This document shows positions 49,897 to 57,340 of a DNA stretch of 64,000 bases, in pieces. Each line of letters starts with the position of its first letter. The stretch's first letter is position 1. The stretch spans positions 22,240 to 86,239 of the forward strand of contig JARLIG010000004.1 in assembly GCA_031291825.1 (NCBI GenBank). Reading direction: 5' to 3'. Source of the DNA: Minisyncoccota bacterium (GTDB lineage Bacteria > Patescibacteriota > Minisyncoccia > Phycocordibacterales > UBA9973). A program made the position numbers and the translations under genes. The notes beneath the pieces were generated by a model, which made no database searches, had not been told where the DNA came from, and worked only from the letters and a program-made list of their open reading frames with translations.

Positions 49897-50388
49897 ATGG
49901 AAAACAAAAAGAAAATGGCGGTGTATATTGTCTTGGGAGTTCTTTTAGTTGTTGTCGCTGGTTTTATTTTTTGGTCTATCGTAGTTTCTACGAGACCGCA
50001 ACCTGCTTCGACTGGCACACCTGTAGCTCTTACTCCTGCTGTAACGCCTACTCCTACAGAAGATACAACGACTGGTAGTGTACACACTGGTTCTGCTGTT
50101 ACTCTTGCTTACGCAGATGCACTAATTACATATGCAAATGCTCGTCTTCAACTCGACACGAATTGTCAGGCGTTAGCTAGTCCTTCCAACTTAGTTTTCA
50201 GAAATAACTCATTACTAATGGTTGATAATCGTGCTCCCGTCACTCGTACTGTTCACATCGGTTCGGTGTTCACGATTAAACCTTATGGTTTTAAAATTGT
50301 AAAACTTTCCAGCTCGACTCTTCCGGCCACTTGGCTCGTAGATTGTGACGCATCTCAAAACGTCGCCACGATTACTATTGAAAAATAA
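49897..50388 (+). CDS. Hypothetical membrane-anchored protein with a P/T-rich linker.
   Basis: An N-terminal TM helix is present. No catalytic motifs were recognised. Confidence 0.4.
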   Translation: MENKKKMAVYIVLGVLLVVVAGFIFWSIVVSTRPQPASTGTPVALTPAVTPTPTEDTTTGSVHTGSAVTLAYADALITYANARLQLDTNCQALASPSNLVFRNNSLLMVDNRAPVTRTVHIGSVFTIKPYGFKIVKLSSSTLPATWLVDCDASQNVATITIEK

Positions 50389-50432
50389 AATAGTCTAGAA
50401 AACGGTCAAAAAACATACGTCAGACACTTCAA

Positions 50433-50479
50433 AAACCGACGTTGTACACCCGCAAGGCGGATGTCCAACGTCGGTTTTT
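50433..50479. repeat. REP-like hairpin in a terminator configuration: AAAAACCGACGTTGTACACCCGCAAGGCGGATGTCCAACGTCGGTTTTTGTTTTT.
   Basis: A long GC-rich stem is flanked by A- and T-runs. Confidence 0.8.
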
Positions 50480-50529
50480 GTTTTTCGGAACGTCTTTATG
50501 TTTTAACCTAGTTTTGCTAAACTATATCC

Positions 50530-50715
50530 ATGTTTGACCTTTTGCTAAAAGTTGCTTTTCTGATATTTATCTTGCCTATTTACATCGCGCAGGAAGCTTA
50601 TGCAAAGTTCAAGAAACACATGAGCAAAGGGAACCGCTGGCATTATTTTCCCTATGTGCTTTTAGCTATTCTCCTAATTCTCCTTATAATCTTGCTTATT
50701 ATAGGCTACAAATAA
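50530..50715 (+). CDS. Hypothetical small two-TM membrane protein (61 aa).
   Basis: It is a short hydrophobic ORF and may not be real. Confidence 0.25.
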   Translation: MFDLLLKVAFLIFILPIYIAQEAYAKFKKHMSKGNRWHYFPYVLLAILLILLIILLIIGYK

Positions 50716-50789
50716 CTCCAGACATTCCCAGACGTTGGACGTCTGTATCCTTACAGACGTCCAACGTCTGGAGGTTTATCCACATCCGC
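50716..50789. repeat. Composite REP-like element immediately upstream of the RAYT gene: CTCCAGACATTCCCAGACGTTGGACGTCTG-TATCCTTA-CAGACGTCCAACGTCTGGAGGTTTATCCACA.
   Basis: It is a double hairpin with a TTATCCACA tail. Confidence 0.8.
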
Positions 50790-50836
50790 TTCATGAAGTA
50801 TGTATGAGATAATAAAACTGTAATTTTTATTATTTT

Positions 50837-51502
50837 ATGAGAAAACATCCACTCGTAACTAATCAATATTATCATATATACAACAGGGGAGTTGATAAAC
50901 GAGATATCTTTTCAGACAAGAAAGATCTCAATCGTTTTATTTTGAGTATCAAGCAATTCAATAAAATTTATCCAGTTGGCAGTATCCGAGACAACGTGCG
51001 AGATAAAATAGTTTCTAAATATTTAAAACGACGAGGCAAAGATGCTGATGCCTTGGTTTCTATTGTTTGTTTTTGTTTAAATCCAAATCATTTTCATTTT
51101 ATTTTAAAGCAAGAAGCTGATGGTGGTATTTCTGAATTTCTAAAACGTCTTTTGGGTGGATATACAAAATATTTTAATTTAACCCACAAACGTAGTGGCG
51201 CCCTGTTTCAGGGTAGGTTTAAATCACGCTTGATAGACAGTGAACAATATTTTTTGAAAATTTTTCCATACGTGAATATCAACCACATGATTCATGACAT
51301 ACCGGAAGAAAAAAGATTTTTGGTTTCTTCTAGTGACGTTGAATACGAAAAAATGGTCTTTGATATTGTCTCTAAAAAAGAAGCTGAAAATCTCCTCGCT
51401 TTTTATGGCAATAAAAACAATTTTAAAAATGAATGCCTAAAAGTATCTTCAATAATTAGAGAACAAAGAGAAGAGGTGTCTTCATTTCTAGAAGAAGAGT
51501 AG
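50837..51502 (+). CDS. IS200/IS605-like HuH tyrosine transposase, probably a REP-associated tyrosine transposase (RAYT / TnpA_REP).
   Basis: Motifs present are YYHIYNRGVDKRDIF, the HuH motif NPNHFHFILK, the Tyr region GGYTKYFNLTHKRSGALFQGRFKSRLI and YFLKIFPYVNINHM. The gene is flanked on both sides by REP-like elements. Confidence 0.7.
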   Translation: MRKHPLVTNQYYHIYNRGVDKRDIFSDKKDLNRFILSIKQFNKIYPVGSIRDNVRDKIVSKYLKRRGKDADALVSIVCFCLNPNHFHFILKQEADGGISEFLKRLLGGYTKYFNLTHKRSGALFQGRFKSRLIDSEQYFLKIFPYVNINHMIHDIPEEKRFLVSSSDVEYEKMVFDIVSKKEAENLLAFYGNKNNFKNECLKVSSIIREQREEVSSFLEEE

Positions 51503-51510
51503 ATTTCGTG

Positions 51511-51598
51511 TTCCAGACGTTGGACTGACGTTGTACACCCGCAAGGCGGATGTCCAACGTCGGCTCCAGACGTCCAACGTCTGGAGGGTTATCCACTT
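51511..51598. repeat. Composite REP-like element immediately downstream of the RAYT gene, ending in GGTTATCCACT.
   Basis: The sequence is TTCCAGACGTTGGACTGACGTTGTACACCCGCAAGGCGGATGTCCAACGTCGGCTCCAGACGTCCAACGTCTGGAGGGTTATCCAC. Confidence 0.8.
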
Positions 51599-51630
51599 TT
51601 ACAAATTTTTCTTAGGCATACAATTAAATC

Positions 51631-52275
51631 ATGGAAAATATAAAAACCACATGGGTCCGCAAAATTTTTAAAATTTTAAAGTGGACTTTTTTAGTTTTAA
51701 TCTGTTTATTTATTGTTGCTTGTGTTTGGCGCGGTATTTATCTTTCTAATAAAAAGAAAGAACAAGCAAAAACAGACGCCGAAGTGGAAAAAATTCATAA
51801 CACCAAACTTACATTGGCTGATGTGATGGGTACGAATCTTCCGCCTGACCCTGGAGCATTGGCTGACCAGACTATTGCCGGTGTAGATGCCAACAATAAT
51901 GGCATTCGTGACGATGTCGAGTTAGCTATTTTTAATGCTTATCCAAAATCTGCAAAAACTAGAGCCGTGCTTTTACAACTTGCCCTAGCAATGGAAATGG
52001 AAAATAAACAATCGTTCATTAATAGTGAAATAGTTGATGCTGTTCTTGATAAAGAAGACAGTGCTATTTTTTGTTCAGCAGATCTTATTCCCGGAGATGG
52101 TGCAACTGAATCAAGAATATTCTTAACTACAAATAGATATTTACGTACGCTAGCAAAGGAGCAATATAATACTGATAGTAGAATCCAAGCAGAAAAAAAA
52201 TTTATATCTTATTCGAAAAGTAAAACAGAATTAACACCATTTTGTGATATAGATTTATCTACTTTATCAAACTAA
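51631..52275 (+). CDS. Hypothetical membrane-anchored protein (214 aa).
   Basis: An N-terminal TM helix is present. No motifs were recognised. Confidence 0.35.
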   Translation: MENIKTTWVRKIFKILKWTFLVLICLFIVACVWRGIYLSNKKKEQAKTDAEVEKIHNTKLTLADVMGTNLPPDPGALADQTIAGVDANNNGIRDDVELAIFNAYPKSAKTRAVLLQLALAMEMENKQSFINSEIVDAVLDKEDSAIFCSADLIPGDGATESRIFLTTNRYLRTLAKEQYNTDSRIQAEKKFISYSKSKTELTPFCDIDLSTLSN

Positions 52276-52284
52276 AGTAAAAAT

Positions 52285-55200
52285 ATGAAGAACAATTTTA
52301 TAAAAGAATACGGCAAAGTTGTTGTATGTTTTATGTTTCTTGTTGTTTTTCTGATACCCAAGTTCTCTTTTGCTTCTGGTCAGTGCTCTAAGAGTGGATA
52401 TACGGTTTTAGTTATTAATGGAGTAAATACCACTCAACAGGAGGCTGAAAACAATGCAACTAATCTAGAATCTAAATTTAAACCAACATATAATGGAGAA
52501 AACCTTAATATTAAATATCTTTATAACCCTACTCATACTGCAATAGCCGATCTTCTTGATGCAGGAGTGCAAAAAACCGATGACCAGTCTATGTCTGACC
52601 TTCAAGATTCAGATTTTGCGCAGATGTTAAATGATGCTAGTAATAAAGTTAAAACACAGAAACTTTTACTAGTTGGTCATTCTCAGGGAAATTTTTATGC
52701 CAATACTTTTTACGATACAGTTGTTGATGCTACTGGCGGTATTCCGAGTCAGTCTATTGGTGTTTATGCGGTGGCTACGCCAGCTAACCGTGTTTCCGGA
52801 ATAAATAGTGCAAATTATATAACTTCTGACACAGACCAAGTGATAGACCATATTCCTGGCATTTTAAAACCAAATGTCCACATAGATTTTAAAGCCAGTG
52901 ACGGTGATTTAATGGGCCATGATTTTTCTAAAATATATTTAAAATATGAAGGTGCAAAAATTGTTTCCGATATAGATACCTCACTTAATAAACTAAAAAC
53001 CAACGATATTCAAAATGAAAACGTTGCTTGTATTAATCCACCGAAATTAACTTTGCCACAAAAAATACAAGGAACGATTTTGTCTACGCTTGACCATGTG
53101 ACGCTTCCATTTCAAGATGCTCTTGTTTATGTTGCTACTGGTGTAACTAATGTTACTGTCGCTATCGCTAATACGACGGTAAATCTTACCGGCTCAGCTA
53201 TTTCTGCTGTTTCTTCTTTGTTTAACCAAACTGTCAGCAATACCAATACTTTGGCGACAAGTGGCGGAGGGGATGTAATAAATTCGATAGAACCCACAAC
53301 ACTAAGTAATTCTACAAGTACTCAACTGACAGAAAATTTACAACCAACTCCACAATTTACATCACCACAAAATGTTTCAATTATAAATTCTTCACCGACG
53401 ACCGAAACCACTTCTTCAAATTCAGCAGCATCATTTGTCGGTAGGGGTGGCGGTGGAGAAGTTGCTATGGCAGAGGAAAATGACGAAGGAGCAATAATTC
53501 CACCAACCATTCCACCGATAGATAATAATCCACCATCTACTGATGTTACTCCTCCCGTCATCACTGTTTTGGGAGACAATCCTGCAGTGGTTGTGCAATA
53601 TGATACTTACACCGATGCTGGGGCTACTGCCACTGACGACGTTGATGGTGCTATTAATGTTGTTGCCAGCGGAACAGTTGATACGACAACGGTTGGCATT
53701 TACACTATTACTTACACGGCGACAGATTCCTCAGGAAATATTGCAACGGCGACTCGTAGTGTAACAGTAGTTGCTTCACAGTCCACTACGAATCCTCCTC
53801 CGTCACCACTCAGTACTTTTACGATTGATAAAGATACAACTCTGACTGCTGGTGAGTACAATTATGAAAATTTATTAATAACCAATAACGCAATATTAAC
53901 CTTACAAGGAGACCCTACTTCCTCGAGTGCTTTCAAGGGAGTAAAAATTAACGCAGATAATATTACTATCGATCCTGGTTCTTCTATTTCTGCAGATGGA
54001 GAGGGTTATGCAGGAGGTGATGGACCAGGAAATTCTTCAGTGTACTATGTCGGGGCAAGTTATGGAGGACTTAGTTATAATGGAGCTACGTATTCGCAAA
54101 CTTATGGTTCAGCTATAAAGCCTACAGACTTAGGCAGCGGAGGACATAGTTCTGGCGGTGGGGCGATTGAGCTAAATGTCTCAAATACTTTTACCGATGA
54201 TGGTACTGTCTCTGCTGATGGTAATATTTCTAGCAGTGGTGGAAGTATTTATGTGACAGCTCAAAATATTACTGGTAGTGGAATATTGCAAGCTGATGGT
54301 GGAAATCTTTTTGGGAGCGGTTATTTCCAAAGTCCAGGAGGGGGTGGAAGAATTGCCGTTTATTATCAAACATCCACTTTTAGCGGAACAGCAGAAGCAA
54401 AAGGTGGATGTGGTAGTTACGATAGTTCGACTAATTCTTGCGCGGGCGACGGAACGGTTGGTTTTTTTAACACGAGTACTAATGATTTATATCTAAACAA
54501 CTCTTGGGAATTTCTACAAGCAGATGCACCCTTTTTATTTAATAATATTTATATTTCAAATGGTGCCAAGGTAACATCGGAAAATGATGTAACGATAACA
54601 ACCAAAAATAATTTTATCGTTGATAAAAATTCTTCTTTTGCTTTAGCTGATAATCAAATATTAAATTCTCCGACACTTATAATTAGCAGTAATTCAACTT
54701 TAACTCTTTCGGGAACTGAAAAAATTACTTCCAACGACCTTATTCTTACTGGAAATTCCACTTTAACTATCGTTCCTCAAAAAATACTTTCTTTAACGAT
54801 TCCAAATATTCATATTGATTCTGGTTCTTCTATTTCTGCAGACGGAAAAGGTTATGGTCAAAGTGAAGGTCCAGGAGAACCAGCGGTAAGTGGTGCTGGC
54901 GCAAGTTATGGTGGTGTCGGTTATCAAAATTCTTTAACCTCAACATATGGATCTCAAACAAATCCAGTCGATTTAGGAAGCGGTGCGGCGTTGAGTGGTG
55001 GCGGAGCCATACAACTTATTGTTTCAAATACTTTTGAAAATGATGGAATAGTTTCTGCTTCTGGTAGCGCTTCTGGTAGTGGAGGAAGTATAAATATAAA
55101 TACAAACAGCTTGTCTGGTACTGGTGCATTTAGTGCGGACGGTGGAGGACTTTACGGCAATGGTTATTTTCAGGGCCCAGGTGGAGGGGGACGGGTTGCT

Positions 55201-55998
55201 ATTTCTTACAACGCCACTTCTTTTAGCGGAACAGTAGAAGCTAAAGGAGGATGTGGCAGTTATGATGGTTGGAGTAGTTCTTGCGCAGGTGGTGGGACGG
55301 TTTATATTCTAAATGAATCAGTTCCAGTCCAGAGTTCTTTAAAAACAATTACAGCATTTGATTTTTCAAATTTAACGCCGATTGTTTCTGGTGTTGTTGA
55401 TGAAACGAACCATGCTATTTCTTTGACTGTCCCTTATGGAACGGATATAACGACTCTCGTGCCTATGATTACTATTTCAGATAAAGCATCAATTAGTCCA
55501 ACCACAAACACGTCTCAAGATTTTACGAATCCAGTTACTTATAAAATTACTGCAGAAGATGGATCAACACAAAATTATGTTGTGAATGTGACCGTAGCGC
55601 CCAACCCAGATCCTCCAGTGACACCGCCTCAAACACCAAGCACGACACTACCTTCAATCACAAGTTATACATTTAATGGTACGGCTGGAAACATAATAAT
55701 AAATCCGACAGCAATAACCCCTTTTTCTTTAATGATGACTGCTAGTGAAAATGTAAATTGGATGTCTATAAAAATTGAAAATCAAAACGATTCAAGCACT
55801 TATAAAATTTTTCAGTCTGGGGCAGGCTGTGTGGATGGCACAAATACTTGCACAAAAAGTTGGGACGGTGCTTTGTCAAAAGGGGGGTTGTTGCAAAATG
55901 GAACTTTTCGAATAAAGGTTCATGTCAAAGACAGCGCGGGCAATGAATACGACGATTATCTTACCCCATATATAATTACAGTTGACACTTCGTTGTAA
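52285..55998 (+). CDS. Giant secreted protein (1237 aa). It has an N-terminal alpha/beta-hydrolase (lipase-like GHSQG) domain, an Ig-like domain, two tandem ~190-aa Gly-rich beta-helix-like repeats and C-terminal Ig-like domains.
   Basis: A signal peptide is present. The nucleophile elbow is LLVGHSQGNFY. The two repeats are GSGGHSSGGGAIELNVSNTF...KGGCGSYDSSTNSCAGDGTV and GSGAALSGGGAIQLIVSNTF...KGGCGSYDGWSSSCAGGGTV. Confidence 0.6.
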   Translation: MKNNFIKEYGKVVVCFMFLVVFLIPKFSFASGQCSKSGYTVLVINGVNTTQQEAENNATNLESKFKPTYNGENLNIKYLYNPTHTAIADLLDAGVQKTDDQSMSDLQDSDFAQMLNDASNKVKTQKLLLVGHSQGNFYANTFYDTVVDATGGIPSQSIGVYAVATPANRVSGINSANYITSDTDQVIDHIPGILKPNVHIDFKASDGDLMGHDFSKIYLKYEGAKIVSDIDTSLNKLKTNDIQNENVACINPPKLTLPQKIQGTILSTLDHVTLPFQDALVYVATGVTNVTVAIANTTVNLTGSAISAVSSLFNQTVSNTNTLATSGGGDVINSIEPTTLSNSTSTQLTENLQPTPQFTSPQNVSIINSSPTTETTSSNSAASFVGRGGGGEVAMAEENDEGAIIPPTIPPIDNNPPSTDVTPPVITVLGDNPAVVVQYDTYTDAGATATDDVDGAINVVASGTVDTTTVGIYTITYTATDSSGNIATATRSVTVVASQSTTNPPPSPLSTFTIDKDTTLTAGEYNYENLLITNNAILTLQGDPTSSSAFKGVKINADNITIDPGSSISADGEGYAGGDGPGNSSVYYVGASYGGLSYNGATYSQTYGSAIKPTDLGSGGHSSGGGAIELNVSNTFTDDGTVSADGNISSSGGSIYVTAQNITGSGILQADGGNLFGSGYFQSPGGGGRIAVYYQTSTFSGTAEAKGGCGSYDSSTNSCAGDGTVGFFNTSTNDLYLNNSWEFLQADAPFLFNNIYISNGAKVTSENDVTITTKNNFIVDKNSSFALADNQILNSPTLIISSNSTLTLSGTEKITSNDLILTGNSTLTIVPQKILSLTIPNIHIDSGSSISADGKGYGQSEGPGEPAVSGAGASYGGVGYQNSLTSTYGSQTNPVDLGSGAALSGGGAIQLIVSNTFENDGIVSASGSASGSGGSININTNSLSGTGAFSADGGGLYGNGYFQGPGGGGRVAISYNATSFSGTVEAKGGCGSYDGWSSSCAGGGTVYILNESVPVQSSLKTITAFDFSNLTPIVSGVVDETNHAISLTVPYGTDITTLVPMITISDKASISPTTNTSQDFTNPVTYKITAEDGSTQNYVVNVTVAPNPDPPVTPPQTPSTTLPSITSYTFNGTAGNIIINPTAITPFSLMMTASENVNWMSIKIENQNDSSTYKIFQSGAGCVDGTNTCTKSWDGALSKGGLLQNGTFRIKVHVKDSAGNEYDDYLTPYIITVDTSL

Positions 55999-56001
55999 TT
56001 T

Positions 56002-56046
56002 CTCAGACGTTGGACTGACGTTGGACGTCTGGAGGGTTATGCACAG
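56002..56046. repeat. REP-like element (deletion variant): CTCAGACGTTGGACTGACGTTGGACGTCTGGAGGGTTATGCACAG.
   Basis: It shares its 5' half with the 51511 copy and has the TTATGCACA tail. Confidence 0.8.
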
Positions 56047-56334
56047 TATGCTATAATACGCCGATGATATCTAAACATTTTTTTAAAGCACTGACAGCCT
56101 TTTTGACTATAATCGTTATTGGATTGATTAGTTTTATTATCATAAATTCTTTAAGTCAAAACAGCGGAGCATCCACTATTCCAGCTAGCCAAGTTCAGGT
56201 TGCAAAATAGCATATATGTGCTATATTATAAATACCGCAGAGAAAGTAGGCAAACATTAAGTCCTATTTAGTGGGTCGATATTTTGCGGCCTATTGGCCG
56301 TTTTTTATTTTATAGTAAAAGACAAAACAAATTT

Positions 56335-56823
56335 ATGTTACAAAAATCAAAAAAAGAAGAAATGATCAAAGACTTCGAGAAAGCCATCAAGGGCTCTCAG
56401 TCTATGGTCTTTGTTAACTTTCATGGTTTGAAAGTTAAAGACGAGACTAGCTTGCGAAGCGCCTTGCGTGGACAGGGGGTAGACTACAAAGTTGGACGAA
56501 AGACTTTGCTCAAGCGTGCACTGACCGGTAAAGCAAAAGGAGAAATTCCAGAGCTTGCTGGAGAAGTCGCGGTGGCATATTCTGCTGACCAAACAGCTTC
56601 CGCTCGTGAAATTTATAATTTCCAAAAAGCACACAAAGGACTTTTGGAAATTATCGGAGGAATTTTTGATGGAAACTTTCTTAGCAAAGAAGCCATGACT
56701 GAAATCGCCATGATTCCAAGTCGTGAAGTTCTTTACGCTCAGTTCGTCAACCTTATCAATTCACCAATTCAACGTTTCGCGGTTGTCTTGGATCAAATCG
56801 CAAACAAAAGCTCCGCTTCTTAA
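56335..56823 (+). CDS. rplJ: Ribosomal protein L10.
   Basis: The N-terminus is MLQKSKKEEMIKDFEKAIKGSQSMVFVNFHGLKVKDETSLRSALR. The gene is followed by rplL. The likely start is 56335 rather than 56284. Confidence 0.8.
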   Translation: MLQKSKKEEMIKDFEKAIKGSQSMVFVNFHGLKVKDETSLRSALRGQGVDYKVGRKTLLKRALTGKAKGEIPELAGEVAVAYSADQTASAREIYNFQKAHKGLLEIIGGIFDGNFLSKEAMTEIAMIPSREVLYAQFVNLINSPIQRFAVVLDQIANKSSAS

Positions 56824-56919
56824 AATTTTTCTCGCTCCTCCCAATCTAAAGTTGGGTCCCACGCGAATAAAAATTTTAAGAAACTACGCTTTTAATTATT
56901 AAATTAATAATATAATCAT

Positions 56920-57288
56920 ATGGAAAAATTTGCAGACCTTATAAAACAAATAGAAACTATGTCCGTCGCTGACCTTCATGCGCTCGTCAAAGCACTCGAA
57001 GAAAAGTTCGGAGTCTCGGCTGCAGCTGTCGCGGTAGCGGGTCCTGCTGCTGGAGCAGCGGATGCAGCTGAAGAGAAAGATGCATTTACTGTCGTGCTAG
57101 CCTCAGCTGGTGAACAAAAAATCGCAGTTATGAAAGTCGTAAAAGAAGCTCTTGGTCTTGGACTCAAAGATGCAAAAGATTTAGTTGATGCTGCGCCTTC
57201 CACCTTGAAAGATGGAATGAAGAAAGCTGAAGCTGAAGCTTTGAAGAAGCAGATAGAAACTGCTGGTGGCAAAGTTGAGTTGAAATAA
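56920..57288 (+). CDS. rplL: Ribosomal protein L7/L12.
   Basis: There is an Ala-rich hinge. The C-terminal domain is [27 protein letters not shown]...GGKVELK. Confidence 0.9.
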   Translation: MEKFADLIKQIETMSVADLHALVKALEEKFGVSAAAVAVAGPAAGAADAAEEKDAFTVVLASAGEQKIAVMKVVKEALGLGLKDAKDLVDAAPSTLKDGMKKAEAEALKKQIETAGGKVELK

Positions 57289-57308
57289 TAAATAGGAAAG
57301 TTTACAAT

Positions 57309-57338
57309 AAAAGCACTCCCCTCGGAGTGCTTTTAATT
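57309..57338 (+). terminator. Rho-independent terminator AAAAGCACTCCCCTCGGAGTGCTTTT after rplL.
   Basis: A 7-bp GC stem, a 4-nt loop and a T-run are present. Confidence 0.7.
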
Positions 57339-57340
57339 TT

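Noticed and set aside
44896-56046. A cluster of DnaA boxes as a candidate replication origin.
   Set aside because: All but one box are the conserved tails of the palindromic repeat elements. No dnaA or dnaN gene, no DUE-like AT tract with box arrays, and no skew evidence are available in the window.
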